Notes: generated by a model from the letters alone, not told the origin. A stretch of DNA of 42,434 nt from an uncultured Candidatus Saccharibacteria bacterium (GCA_964365465.1 CAYIPT010000002.1:1-42434), one strand, 5' to 3'; counted from the first letter of the stretch, positions 31,820 through 42,146 are shown. Made by a program: numbers and translations.

Positions 31820-34800
31820 TCAATTTCCTTGATCCAACTCCTTTTGCAGTTCTTTGATCATATTGTATTTTTCGCTGCCGGGGAAGCCGGAACCGGCGGG
31901 GATGAGTCGGCCGATGATGACATTTTCTTTAAGGCCTTTTAGTTCGTCTTCGGTGCCGCGCAGGGCGTTTTGAATAAGCATTCTGGTTGTGTGTTGGAAC
32001 GATGCGGAAGAAAGGAAACTTTTTCTGGAAAGAGAAACTTCCGTAATGCCCAAAAGCAAAGCCTCCGCTTTGGCCTCTTCCCCACCCGCTTCTTTGACTG
32101 CGTCATTTTCTCTTATGAAATTGCTTTGGGCGACGATGTCCCCTTGGGAAAATCTCGTCTCGCCTGAAGTTTTTATTTTTCTTCTAGAAAACATTTGTTT
32201 GATAATAACCTCAATGTGTTTTCTGGAAACCGGTTCTCCTTGCAGCTCGTATATTTTTGTTATTTCGTGAATAATATAATTTTGGGTTTTTTCCTTGCCG
32301 GCATATTTGAACAATTCATCCAAATCAACGGAGCCGTCAGTCAGCAAATCGCCCTTGTTCACCTTATCTCCCGTTTTAACCAAAACTACCCGATGATAAT
32401 TTGCCAGATATTCGGTATTGGATTTGCCCTGTTTTTTGCTAGCCGGTTTTTCCGCTTCTTCCGGCAAAATTGTTATTATTTTATCTTTGCCGTCCACTTT
32501 TATTTCGCTCACTATGCCGTCCACTTTGCAGACCACTGCTGGATTTTTAGGGGGCCTATTTTCAAAGACCTCTTCCACTCTTGGCAAACCTTGGGTGATG
32601 TCTCCGCCAACCGAAGCGGTACCGCCGGCATGGAAAGTGCGCATAGTTAACTGAGTGCCCGGTTCGCCTATGGCTTGAGCGGCCACGGTGCCGATAGCTT
32701 CTCCCAATTCAATTATTTTATTTTTTCCAAGATCGGCTCCGTAGCAGTGAATGCAAATGCCATCCAATGTCTTGCATGTAAGCGGTGATCTGACCAATAC
32801 ATTTTCCACTCCGGCCGCCTCTATTTTAGCGGCATCATCGCGGGAAAGAAAATGATTTCTTTTAAATAAAACATTTCCCCCTTTGTCCTTGAGATCCTCC
32901 GCCAAAAATCTGCCCTTGGCTATTTTGGCTATGGAAACTTCAATACCAGAAGAAGTTATTTTGGAAAGGATTACCCCTTCTTTGCTGCCGCAATCTTCTT
33001 CGGTAATCAAACAATCCTGAGCTACGTCAAAAAGTTTTCTGGTCAAATAACCGGCCTTGGCGGTGTTTAGGGCGGTGTCGGCCATGCCTTTTCTGGCGCC
33101 GTGGGTGGTGATGAAATATTCTATGGGCGTCAAACCCTCTTTGTTTGAAGAAATTATAGGAAAGTCAATGGTTTCTCCGGCGGTGTTGACAATCAACCCT
33201 TTCATACCGGCCATCTGGGTCAATTGGCCCATAGAACCTCTGGCACCTGATTTCACCAAGTCATAAACAGAACCCCTTTTATCCATGGACTCCTGCATTG
33301 ATTTTTCAATCTCATTTTTGGTGGCTGTCCATATTTCAATATTTTTGGCCCTTTTTTCATTATGTGAAAGCAATCCCGTATCATACTGCTCTTGAACTAA
33401 AGCCACTTTTTCTTTGGTCCCATCCACAATTTCATATTTATTTTTAGGTACCACCACATCCGAGATGCTCCATGTTATACCCGAAACAGTAGCGTAGTGG
33501 AAACCGAATTCTTTTATTTTGTCCATAATGGGCGGTATGGACTCTATGCCGTATTTATGAATAAGGTCGTCAACCATGAGAGCTAATTTTTTCTTGTCTA
33601 TTTCCGCGTTAACGAAAGGATAATCATTAGGCAAAACGGCATTAAACAAAAGCCGGCCGACACTTGTTTCAAATAATTCATTATTGAATTTTGCATACTT
33701 GGGGGAATCAGTACCCAAGACCTTTATTTTGGCTCTGTAATCAACAACATCAAAATCATGGGCGGTGATGGCTCGGTTAGGAGTCGGAAATATCATACCC
33801 TCGCCTTTTTCCCCGTTTACTTCCTTGGTCATCCAGTAACATCCGAGAATTATATCCAACAATTTGTTTGAAATGGTCGGATCGCCGCTACCCGGCTTCA
33901 AAATATTTTTATCCGAGGCCATTATCATTTTGGCTTCCAGCTGGGCTTCGGGAGAGAGGGGCACATGGACGGCCATCTGGTCGCCGTCAAAATCGGCATT
34001 AAAAGCGTTACAAACCAGAGGATGCACCCGAATGGCATTACCCTCAATTAAAATCGGTTTGAAGGCCTGAATACCAAGCCGGTGCAAAGTTGGCGCTCTG
34101 TTCAAGAGAACATATTTATCTTTTATAACTTCTTCCAAAATGGCCCAAACTTCTGGTATGGCATCATCAATCAAACGACTGGCGCCTCGGACATTGTAAG
34201 CCAACTCCTGTTTCAGGACTTGCGATATGACAAATGGCTTGAAAAGTTCCAAAGCCATATGCTTAGGCAAACCGCATTGGTGAAGTTTCAATTCCGGACC
34301 GACAACGATAACTGACCGTCCCGAGTAGTCAACCCTTTTGCCCAAAAGATTTTGGCGAAACAATCCCCGTTTGCCTTTCAAATTATCTGCCAGCGATTTC
34401 AATTCCCTGGTCTTGTTTGAGGAAACCGTCTGGTCTTTGTTGTTGTGCCTGATGGAATTATCAATCAAAGCATCCACTGCCTCCTGTAGAATTCTTTTTT
34501 CATTTCTCAAAATAACATCCGGCGCGTTTATTTCTTTAAGTTTTTTTAATCGATTGTTTCTGTTTATAACTCTTCGGTAGAGGTCGTTGACATCTGAAGT
34601 GGCGTATCTGCCCCCATCAAGGGGCACCATAGGCCGCATAGCTGGAGGAATAACCGGTATTCTGGTCAGGAACATCCATTCTGGCCTGGTATTTGATCTT
34701 ATCATGGCCTGAATAACCGAAAGCCTCTTAGTGATTTTTATTGACTCGGCGGACTTTGAACTTTCCAATTCTTTTTTTATATTTTCTTCCAAAACTTTCA

Positions 34801-35488
34801 GATCTATGGTTTTGAAAATATCATAAATTGCCTCCGCTCCTATTTCAGCCTCAAAAAACGCGCCGTATTTTATGGAATAATTATGGTAGGCTACCTCGTC
34901 TATGACCTTGCCTTGGGCAATGCTTTCTATTTCTCTTTTGGTTGAAAGCAGCTTTTCTTTTAGTTCGTCTTTTTTCGTTTCCTCCGTTATCTGTTTTATT
35001 TTTGATTTGAATTCTGCATCCAGGTCGCGCAAAATATTTTGTTTTTCTTCAGCCGAGACCTTGGTGATAATATAGCCGGCGAAATAAATAACTTTTTCTA
35101 TGTCAGCCGCGGTCACATCAAGAAGTAAAGCGATGCGGGAAGGCATGCTTTTCAAAAACCAAATATGAGCCACTGGCGCCGCCAGATCAATATGGCCCAT
35201 TCTTTCCCTCCGAACGATGGAACGGGTAATTTCCACTCCGCATTTCTCGCAAACAATACCTTTGTATCTGATGCCTTTATATTTTCCGCAATAACACTCA
35301 TAGTCCTTGTCTGGACCGAAAGTTTTCTCGTCAAAGAGACCATGTCTCTCGCTTCTCTGGGTGCGATAATTTATGGTTTCCGGTTTGGTCACCTCTCCGA
35401 ATGACCAGCTTTTTATCACTTCCGGAGAAGCCAAGGAAAGCCGCATTAAATCAAAGTCCGTATTTGAATTTTGGTTTCTATTTTGCAT
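31820..35488 (-). CDS. rpoC: DNA-directed RNA polymerase subunit beta'
   Basis: 1222 aa with NADFDGDQM at the catalytic site and a Zn-binding CxC..CxxC at the N-terminus. Confidence 0.95.
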   Translation of the reverse strand: MQNRNQNSNTDFDLMRLSLASPEVIKSWSFGEVTKPETINYRTQRSERHGLFDEKTFGPDKDYECYCGKYKGIRYKGIVCEKCGVEITRSIVRRERMGHIDLAAPVAHIWFLKSMPSRIALLLDVTAADIEKVIYFAGYIITKVSAEEKQNILRDLDAEFKSKIKQITEETKKDELKEKLLSTKREIESIAQGKVIDEVAYHNYSIKYGAFFEAEIGAEAIYDIFKTIDLKVLEENIKKELESSKSAESIKITKRLSVIQAMIRSNTRPEWMFLTRIPVIPPAMRPMVPLDGGRYATSDVNDLYRRVINRNNRLKKLKEINAPDVILRNEKRILQEAVDALIDNSIRHNNKDQTVSSNKTRELKSLADNLKGKRGLFRQNLLGKRVDYSGRSVIVVGPELKLHQCGLPKHMALELFKPFVISQVLKQELAYNVRGASRLIDDAIPEVWAILEEVIKDKYVLLNRAPTLHRLGIQAFKPILIEGNAIRVHPLVCNAFNADFDGDQMAVHVPLSPEAQLEAKMIMASDKNILKPGSGDPTISNKLLDIILGCYWMTKEVNGEKGEGMIFPTPNRAITAHDFDVVDYRAKIKVLGTDSPKYAKFNNELFETSVGRLLFNAVLPNDYPFVNAEIDKKKLALMVDDLIHKYGIESIPPIMDKIKEFGFHYATVSGITWSISDVVVPKNKYEIVDGTKEKVALVQEQYDTGLLSHNEKRAKNIEIWTATKNEIEKSMQESMDKRGSVYDLVKSGARGSMGQLTQMAGMKGLIVNTAGETIDFPIISSNKEGLTPIEYFITTHGARKGMADTALNTAKAGYLTRKLFDVAQDCLITEEDCGSKEGVILSKITSSGIEVSIAKIAKGRFLAEDLKDKGGNVLFKRNHFLSRDDAAKIEAAGVENVLVRSPLTCKTLDGICIHCYGADLGKNKIIELGEAIGTVAAQAIGEPGTQLTMRTFHAGGTASVGGDITQGLPRVEEVFENRPPKNPAVVCKVDGIVSEIKVDGKDKIITILPEEAEKPASKKQGKSNTEYLANYHRVVLVKTGDKVNKGDLLTDGSVDLDELFKYAGKEKTQNYIIHEITKIYELQGEPVSRKHIEVIIKQMFSRRKIKTSGETRFSQGDIVAQSNFIRENDAVKEAGGEEAKAEALLLGITEVSLSRKSFLSSASFQHTTRMLIQNALRGTEDELKGLKENVIIGRLIPAGSGFPGSEKYNMIKELQKELDQGN

Positions 35489-35491
35489 TTT

Positions 35492-38400
35492 TTATAAATT
35501 ATTATTTTTTTCCAAGAGTTCTATATTCAAGGCCAGTCCCCTTAAATTATTAACAAGAACATTAAAGGCTGCCGGCAAATTTTCTCCCTTTATTCTTTCG
35601 CCCTTGACAATAGCGTCAAAGGCGGCGCTTCGGCCTAAAATATCATCTGATTTTATGGTAAGCATTTCTCGTAATGTGTAGGCAACACCGTGTCCCAAAA
35701 GCGCCCAGACCTCCATTTCTCCAAATCTTTGTCCACCACCCTGGGCTTTTCCGCCCAATGGTTGTTGAGTGATAAGGGAGTAGGGACCAATAGAACGCAT
35801 GTGTATCTTGTCTTCCACCATGTGGTCAAGTTTGAGAATATACATATATCCTATGGCTGTTTCTTGTTTGAAGGCCTCTCCGGTTCGGCCGTCATAAAGC
35901 TGAACTTTGCCGTTTTTATTCCACCCGGCCTTTTTTAATTCTTCTTCTATTTCTTCATCAGTGGCGCCGGCAAAAGGAGGCACAATGGCCTGATAACCGA
36001 GAGTTTTGGCGGCTAATCCCAAATGCATTTCCAATATTTGGCCCAAGTTCATGCGGCTCGGCACCCCGAGCGGAGTGAGAATAACATCAATAGGCGTGCC
36101 GTCGGCCATATAAGGCATATCTTCGGCTGGCAATATTTTTGAAATGACTCCTTTGTTGCCATGGCGGCCAGCTAATTTGTCTCCAACGGAAACATTTCTG
36201 ATTTGGGCGATTTCTATGTGAATTCTTTTTATAATTCCGGATTCAAGTTTATCGCCCTTCTCTCTGCTAAAGATCTGAACATTTATGATTCGACCTCTCT
36301 TGCCTCCCTCCATTCTTTTGGAAGTATCTTTGACATCGCGAGCTTTTTCTCCAAAAAGAGAACGCAATAATCTTTCTTCGGGAGTGAGCTGGCTTTCTCC
36401 TTTTGGCGTAATTTTGCCGACCAAAATATCTCCCGAATTAACCTCGGCTCCCACTCTGACAACGCCGTCCTCAGCCAAATTTTTAAGTTTAGCTTCGCCA
36501 ACATTCGGTATGTCGCAAGTGGTTACTTCCGGTCCCAGTTTGGTGTCGCGTACGCTTACTACCACCTCATCTATATGTATTGAAGTGAACTTGCTGTTCT
36601 TGATAAGATTTTCAGAAAGAATAATGGCATCTTCATAATTTGATCCTGACCAGGACAAAAAGGCAATCAGAACATTTTGACCCAAAGCCATTTCTCCTTG
36701 CACCGATGTTAAGGTGTCGACTAAAATGTCTCCGCGTTTTACATGGTCGCCGACATTAACAATAGGTCTTTGGTGGAAGCAGGTGGCGCTGTTTGTTTTG
36801 GCAAAGTTTATAAGTTGATATCCGGTTTTAATGTTTTTGGCTTCGGTAATTTCAATTAATCTGCCGTCTACTTTTGAGACGACACCGTCATTCAGAGCTA
36901 TAATCAGTCGGCCAGTGTCTTTCATGGCTGAACTCTCTATACCAGTAGCTACCAAGGCTGCCTCTGGCTCTACGCAAGGCGTGGCTTGTTTTTGCATGTT
37001 GGAACCCATGAGTGCTCGGTTAGCATCATCGTGATTCAAAAATGGAATTAACGAAGTGGCTATGGAAAAGGCCTGATTGGTAGCTATATCCACGTAATCA
37101 ATCTTGGATTTTGGTATCAAATCGGGCATGCCGTTAAGGCGGGCTTCAACCATTTCTTCTTTTATGTTGCCGTGCTCGTCTTTTTCTATGGTGGCGTGGG
37201 TGATGGCAAATTTTTCTTCTTCCAAAGCGTTCAAGTATTCTATTTCACCGGTCAGTTTGCCGTTTTTAACTTTGACATAAGGGGTTTCAATCATGCCGAA
37301 TTCGTTTATGCGCGCATAAAGAGCCAGGTGCAGAATTAAACCGATATTCGGGCCTTCAGGAGTATGAATAGGACAAAGTCGTCCGTAATGGGAAGGGTGG
37401 ACATCACGCACTTCAAAACCGGCTCGGGAACGATTAAGACCTCCGGGACCTAAAGCAGAAAGTTGTCGTAAATGCTCAATTTCAGCCAGAGGATTTTCTT
37501 GACCCATAAATTGAGAAAGCTGGTTGGTGGTGAAAAATTCCTTAAGTCGAGCTTGTAGTGGCTTGGGCATTATAAATTGAATAGGCAAAGTGACATCAGT
37601 ATCTACCGTAGACATTCTGTTTTGCATGTTGCGTTTTATTTGAGCCATGCCGATACGGAATTTTTGTTGCATCATTTCTCCCACATATCTGACTCTTCTG
37701 CTTCCCAAATGATCTATATCATCTTCTATAGAATTAGGAGTGATATTCAGAGATATAATTTGATTTATAACCAATCTCAAATCGTCAATATTCAAAGTTC
37801 TCCTGTCTGAACCTTTTCCGCTGATCGGCAAATTGAATCTGGAATTGAATCTGAATCGGCCCACTTTTTGCAAATCATATCTCTCGGGACCGAATAAATT
37901 TTTGAAAAATTCTTTGGCATTATCAGCGGTGGCCAAGTCGCCGTCTCTCAGTCGCCTGTAAATTTCAATAAAAGATTCGTCCGCAGTTTTGGCGTGGTCT
38001 TTAACAAAAGATCTTTCCAAATATTCTTTGGCGTCTTTGTTATCTTTAAAGAGGTTGTAAATTTCAGAATCGGTTTCGGCCCCGAAAGCTCGCAGAAGAG
38101 AGGTAACTGAAAACTTTCTTTTTCTGTCAATGCGGACATAAATCGCTTTATCAACATCGGTTTCAATCTCTATCCAGGCGCCGCGAGCGGGAATTATTTT
38201 AGCCCCGAATAAGGTCTTGCCCTTTACCTCCAAACTGGTAAAAAAAGCGCCAAAGGATCGGGCCAGCTGAGGCACAATAACCCGCTCAACCCCGCTCACT
38301 ATAAAAGTGCCATGCGAAGTCATCATTGGAAAATCAGCCATAAAAAGCTCTTGTTCCTTTTCAACATTTAATGTCTTATTTGTCAGGCGCACCTTAACTT

Positions 38401-38662
38401 TAAGCGGCGCTTCGTAGGAAAGTTTTTTTTCTTTGGCGTAATACTCGTCGTATTTGGGCTTCTCCAGTTCAAAGCCCAAAAATTCAAACTTGAATTTTTT
38501 ACTGGAAAAATCATTTATAACCGCAAATTCATCAAACACTTCTTTTATGCCTTTCTCAACCAGCCAATTAAACGACTCTACCTGATCTTTTACCAGGTTT
38601 GGAATTGGCACCAATGATTTCCTAAACTTACTAAAATATTTTTTAGGCAATACTTTATCCAT
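35492..38662 (-). CDS. rpoB: DNA-directed RNA polymerase subunit beta
   Basis: 1056 aa. Contains GRHGNKGV, FGEMEVWAL and other conserved motifs. Confidence 0.95.
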   Translation of the reverse strand: MDKVLPKKYFSKFRKSLVPIPNLVKDQVESFNWLVEKGIKEVFDEFAVINDFSSKKFKFEFLGFELEKPKYDEYYAKEKKLSYEAPLKVKVRLTNKTLNVEKEQELFMADFPMMTSHGTFIVSGVERVIVPQLARSFGAFFTSLEVKGKTLFGAKIIPARGAWIEIETDVDKAIYVRIDRKRKFSVTSLLRAFGAETDSEIYNLFKDNKDAKEYLERSFVKDHAKTADESFIEIYRRLRDGDLATADNAKEFFKNLFGPERYDLQKVGRFRFNSRFNLPISGKGSDRRTLNIDDLRLVINQIISLNITPNSIEDDIDHLGSRRVRYVGEMMQQKFRIGMAQIKRNMQNRMSTVDTDVTLPIQFIMPKPLQARLKEFFTTNQLSQFMGQENPLAEIEHLRQLSALGPGGLNRSRAGFEVRDVHPSHYGRLCPIHTPEGPNIGLILHLALYARINEFGMIETPYVKVKNGKLTGEIEYLNALEEEKFAITHATIEKDEHGNIKEEMVEARLNGMPDLIPKSKIDYVDIATNQAFSIATSLIPFLNHDDANRALMGSNMQKQATPCVEPEAALVATGIESSAMKDTGRLIIALNDGVVSKVDGRLIEITEAKNIKTGYQLINFAKTNSATCFHQRPIVNVGDHVKRGDILVDTLTSVQGEMALGQNVLIAFLSWSGSNYEDAIILSENLIKNSKFTSIHIDEVVVSVRDTKLGPEVTTCDIPNVGEAKLKNLAEDGVVRVGAEVNSGDILVGKITPKGESQLTPEERLLRSLFGEKARDVKDTSKRMEGGKRGRIINVQIFSREKGDKLESGIIKRIHIEIAQIRNVSVGDKLAGRHGNKGVISKILPAEDMPYMADGTPIDVILTPLGVPSRMNLGQILEMHLGLAAKTLGYQAIVPPFAGATDEEIEEELKKAGWNKNGKVQLYDGRTGEAFKQETAIGYMYILKLDHMVEDKIHMRSIGPYSLITQQPLGGKAQGGGQRFGEMEVWALLGHGVAYTLREMLTIKSDDILGRSAAFDAIVKGERIKGENLPAAFNVLVNNLRGLALNIELLEKNNNL

Positions 38663-38684
38663 ATTTATTAAAAATTAATTCTAT

Positions 38685-38715
38685 CCACAAAAAAACACAC
38701 CCCAAGCTTCTTGGG
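38685..38715 (-). terminator. Hairpin plus T7 tract 23 nt upstream of the rpoB ATG (attenuator candidate)
   Basis: Minus-sense CCCAAG-AAG-CTTGGG followed by GTGTGTTTTTTTGTGG. Confidence 0.5.
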
Positions 38716-38856
38716 ATTTTTTATCTCCCCCGTTTTTTAACTATTTATGGTTTTATAAGTCAAATCGTAGGATTCCGCTTGTAAAACATAGCTGTTTTTG
38801 GATATGAACAGCCCGCCATTGACAAGCCATAACTCAATCAATCAATGTTAAGCACT

Positions 38857-38884
38857 AGTATATACTTCTCAAAAATCTTGTCAA
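38857..38884 (-). promoter_or_regulatory. Sigma-70-like promoter of the rpoB leader
   Basis: Minus-sense TTGACA-16nt-TATACT. Confidence 0.5.
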
Positions 38885-38918
38885 CCCCCTTAGAGATCCA
38901 AATTTGTGGATAAGGAAT

Positions 38919-39959
38919 TTATTTTCCCACTTTGAGCAACGCCACTACAAACATGGCTTCGGCCCAACCGAGGGGGGTGTTATCGTTGGGTTTGTCAGAA
39001 TCGGAATAATAAAGTTCAGGGATCTGGTCTTTATAAATTGTTTTGAATGATTTATTTAAATATTCTTGAGATTTTTCAGAGTCGCCAAATTGATTATAAA
39101 TAATAGAAAGCCATGGAAAGCCAAAACACCATTCGGCTTCCTCGCTGGTTCCGTCTTCGTTTTTATTGTAATATCTGTCATTTTTGTATCTTATAACTCC
39201 TCTGTCTCTTTCCAAATGATATTCCAAATGCCTGACTATTTCTCGCGCCATTTTTTGGTCAACCACACCAAAAGGATAAATAAGGGACAAAAGGGCTAGA
39301 TCGGTAAACTTACTTTTTGATTCTCTAGGTAAAAGTTTTTTTAATGACTCTTCTCCTTTTTCTATAAGGTGGCGCGGCATTTCCACCATTCCCAGCTTAG
39401 CAATCGCTTTTAATCCGGCTACGCAAGCCCCCACAGAAGAGGCGTGCACCTCTTCATATTCTTCCCAAACGCCATTATCGGGATCGTGCCAATATTCTAT
39501 TGATTTCAAATAATCAACTAAAATCTGCAAGATTTCTTTCTCTTCTTCTGTTTCAATTATTTTTATTTCTCGACTTTCCAAATCCCCTATCTTAAAAAGT
39601 ATAGCTCCCACCGCGTCATTTTGCTTGTTGCCCCATTCCTCCCAAAATTCTTCAAAGGTTTCAGGATTATATCTGGCATGAATATATTGATAAGTATTGT
39701 AGGGCTTGTTTTTAACCGCCCAGCTTATTTTATTCTTGTGTTTTACAAATATTTGGAGTAAGGCCTTCCAAACCTTTTTAACCGTTTCCCAATCCTCAAT
39801 TTCCTCAAAAGGCAGGCAAGTATAAAAATTATCCCGGAGCCATGCCTTGTTGTAGCCGGTGTTCACATTATTTCTAGAAGCCAAAAACAAACCGCTCGGC
39901 GCCTGCAAAGAGCGGATGTTGTTCAAATGCTTTTCTAAAATGTCACTATTGATTTGCAT
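38919..39959 (-). CDS. GH15-like glycoside hydrolase (glucoamylase / phosphorylase-kinase family)
   Basis: 346 aa. KAWLRDNFYT and the C-terminal TPLGWAEAMFVVAL are typical of an (alpha/alpha)6 GH15 fold. Confidence 0.65.
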   Translation of the reverse strand: MQINSDILEKHLNNIRSLQAPSGLFLASRNNVNTGYNKAWLRDNFYTCLPFEEIEDWETVKKVWKALLQIFVKHKNKISWAVKNKPYNTYQYIHARYNPETFEEFWEEWGNKQNDAVGAILFKIGDLESREIKIIETEEEKEILQILVDYLKSIEYWHDPDNGVWEEYEEVHASSVGACVAGLKAIAKLGMVEMPRHLIEKGEESLKKLLPRESKSKFTDLALLSLIYPFGVVDQKMAREIVRHLEYHLERDRGVIRYKNDRYYNKNEDGTSEEAEWCFGFPWLSIIYNQFGDSEKSQEYLNKSFKTIYKDQIPELYYSDSDKPNDNTPLGWAEAMFVVALLKVGK

Positions 39960-40011
39960 AATTCCTAAGGGGAACCCTTAAAAAATTTCCTAAGGGTTCC
40001 CCTTAGGAATT
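39960..40011. repeat. Perfect 21-bp inverted repeat (10-nt spacer) of the AAGGGGAACCCTT family
   Basis: aattcctaaggggaaccctta-aaaaatttcc-taagggttccccttaggaatt. It abuts the ATG of 38919-39959 and covers the stop of 40003-40317. Confidence 0.9.
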
Positions 40012-40317
40012 TCCTAATATGTTTTTTTCATAAAGTTTTTTAGCTTCCGCCAGCATCTCTTTCAAGTAAGGTCTTTTATTTTCCATAAGTTCAGCCAGTA
40101 AAGGATAATTTTTTTTGGCTTCGGCGTACAAAGAAATCACTTTTTCCTCTTCTTTAAAAAATTCAAGCATTTTAAGCGAAAGTTTCTCCTCGTAATATTT
40201 TTTATCATCATCAATACCCTTGCCCCTGATGCTCTCTACAATCTCTTTAGCTATATCTGTCTCCGCCTGCGCCTGAGCAATCAAAAAATCTATCTCGTCT
40301 TTTATTGGATATTTCAT
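40003..40317 (-). CDS. Hypothetical helical protein
   Basis: 104 aa, Lys/Glu-rich helices, no motif recognised. Confidence 0.5.
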   Translation of the reverse strand: MKYPIKDEIDFLIAQAQAETDIAKEIVESIRGKGIDDDKKYYEEKLSLKMLEFFKEEEKVISLYAEAKKNYPLLAELMENKRPYLKEMLAEAKKLYEKNILGNS

Positions 40318-40360
40318 ATACGAAGTAACGAATTAGTTAACGAATTGCTACGAATAAAAA

Positions 40361-40570
40361 TTAATTAAATAGAAACCCCCTCTCTTCTTGACCGCTAATG
40401 CTAGGATTTTCTTTTGTTCTTTGTATTGATACTTCACTAAAAAGCTCCCCATTTCCATTAAACATTCCTTTTGCTCGATACATACCAATTACCCCATCTT
40501 GTCCACGCATTACTTTTTCTATGTGAGTCAAAAGAAGATTCTCCGATCCACCAAATCCTTCCATATTCAT
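40361..40570 (-). CDS. Hypothetical protein
   Basis: 69 aa. Candidate promoter TTAGCA-17-TATAAT lies upstream (about 40600-40630, minus sense). Confidence 0.4.
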   Translation of the reverse strand: MNMEGFGGSENLLLTHIEKVMRGQDGVIGMYRAKGMFNGNGELFSEVSIQRTKENPSISGQEERGFLFN

Positions 40571-40749
40571 ATTTTTAAAATTATTATTAACACTTCATTA
40601 TACTCCCTCTGTTTTTTTATGCTAAAATATATGTGGACTAGTTCTTTCATTGACAAATAGGCACGGAAAAGACGCGTCTTTTTTGTTGCTTAAATTTGAT
40701 TGAGTAGCAAAAGCCGTTCCGTGAAGGAGCGGTTTTTGCGTCTGATGAG

Positions 40750-41418
40750 TTATTTTCTGAATCTTTTAATTTTTTCTTCTTTCCATCTTTCAATCTCCTT
40801 ATGATTCCCAGACAACAAAACCTTTGGCACTCTGTATTTTTTGCCTTTGTATTCCAAAACTTCAGGACGGGTGTAAACTTCAGGCGAAGAGACTCTGTTT
40901 TCTTCAACCGATTCAATTTTTCCTAAGACCCCAGGAATTCTGCGCGCCACCGTATCCAAGATCACCATGGCCGGCAATTCCCCACCCGTTAAAACATATG
41001 GTCCAACCGATAATCTTTCCATTTTTACTTCTTTCCATTTTTTAATTATCTTAAACACTCTCTCATCTATTCCCTCATATCTCCCGCAAATAATCACCAC
41101 ATCTTTATATTTTTTAGATATTTTTTCAGCATAATTATTATCAAACTGCTTGCCAGATGGACTAAGCCAAATTATTAGGGGGGCTGAGGGGGTTAGTGCT
41201 TTTTCTACCGCCTTTATCACCGACTCCGCTTCCAGCACCATCCCCGGTCCTCCGCCGTATGGCTTATGATCCACCCTTTTCCATTTATCGGGAGTAAAGT
41301 CGCGCGGATTATAAAATTTAATTTTTATTTTTTTATTGCAAACAGCTCGCCCTATAATAGACGAGCTGGTGTAAGAATCAAACGATTCCGGAAACAATGT
41401 AACTACATGAAAGGTCAT
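40750..41418 (-). CDS. trmD: tRNA (guanine37-N1)-methyltransferase
   Basis: 222 aa. PYGGGPGMV, ICGRYEGIDERV and LTGGELPAMV motifs. Confidence 0.9.
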   Translation of the reverse strand: MTFHVVTLFPESFDSYTSSSIIGRAVCNKKIKIKFYNPRDFTPDKWKRVDHKPYGGGPGMVLEAESVIKAVEKALTPSAPLIIWLSPSGKQFDNNYAEKISKKYKDVVIICGRYEGIDERVFKIIKKWKEVKMERLSVGPYVLTGGELPAMVILDTVARRIPGVLGKIESVEENRVSSPEVYTRPEVLEYKGKKYRVPKVLLSGNHKEIERWKEEKIKRFRK

Positions 41419-41419
41419 T

Positions 41420-41740
41420 TTACAACTTCAAGTCCTCCATCACATCATCAACTGATTTCATTTCAGCAGATTGAGTTGGGGCGGTTTTCCGGCCGCCTAC
41501 CGGCTCATTTATTTTGAGATTGACTCGGGCATTGTTTTTCATGCCAACCACGCGAAGCAAAATTCTCATGGCCTTGGCGGTGTTGCCCGATCGGCCTATG
41601 ATTTTGCCCATATCGTCTGGATGGACGTCAAGAGATAGCAATACCCCCATTTCGTCAACAGTGCGATTAATTTTAACGGACTCCGGATGATCTACTAACC
41701 CCTTCACGACATATTCCAAAAATTCAGCGTCTTTTTCCAT
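41420..41740 (-). CDS. KH-domain RNA-binding protein (YlqC/UPF0109-like)
   Basis: 106 aa with GKIIGRSGNTAKAMR (GxxG loop). Canonical position between rpsP and trmD. Confidence 0.8.
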   Translation of the reverse strand: MEKDAEFLEYVVKGLVDHPESVKINRTVDEMGVLLSLDVHPDDMGKIIGRSGNTAKAMRILLRVVGMKNNARVNLKINEPVGGRKTAPTQSAEMKSVDDVMEDLKL

Positions 41741-41780
41741 CTAAGTTTAGCTAACTAATAATTCGGACTGTTTAATTATA

Positions 41781-42146
41781 TTATATTGAAATTTCTTCGG
41801 CAACTTTTTCTTCAACAACAGATTCTTCTAATTTTTCAATTTTTTCTTCTTTTACTTCCTCCTTTTTTATAACCGTTTTTTTAGGAAGCTTGTTTATTTT
41901 TTTGCCTTCTATAACCTCCCTTTCAACCAAAATATTATGGACAGTATCCGATAATTTGGCCCCGTTGGCCATCCAGTATTTTACTCTCTCTGTTTTAAAT
42001 TCAGCTTTCTCGCCTCTGCGCGCGTCATAAGAACCCAAAATTTCCAAGAACTTGCCGCTCTTGGGACCATTTTTGGAGTCAGTCAAAACAAGCCGGAACA
42101 CCGGCTCATGCTTTCTGCCAACTCTTTGCAGTCGTATCATTAACAT
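41781..42146 (-). CDS. rpsP: 30S ribosomal protein S16 with a Lys/Glu-rich C-terminal extension
   Basis: MIRLQRVGRKHEPVFRLV...YWMANGAKLSDTV. The start may be the second Met, at 42140. Confidence 0.9.
   Translation of the reverse strand: MLMIRLQRVGRKHEPVFRLVLTDSKNGPKSGKFLEILGSYDARRGEKAEFKTERVKYWMANGAKLSDTVHNILVEREVIEGKKINKLPKKTVIKKEEVKEEKIEKLEESVVEEKVAEEISI

Noticed and set aside
31970-38166. Numerous 60-150-aa ORFs inside or antisense to rpoC and rpoB
   Set aside because: They are embedded in two unambiguous, full-length conserved genes, so they are frame or antisense artefacts.
40742-40749. CUGAUGAG hammerhead-like core on the plus strand
   Set aside because: No adjacent stem II followed by GAAA, and no stems I or III, could be built. 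The sequence lies inside the trmD 3' coding end, so it is a chance match.
40647-40916. 89-aa ORF overlapping the trmD 3' end
   Set aside because: It is out of frame within the well-supported trmD gene and extends into the terminator region. Its composition is that of an alternate-frame artefact.
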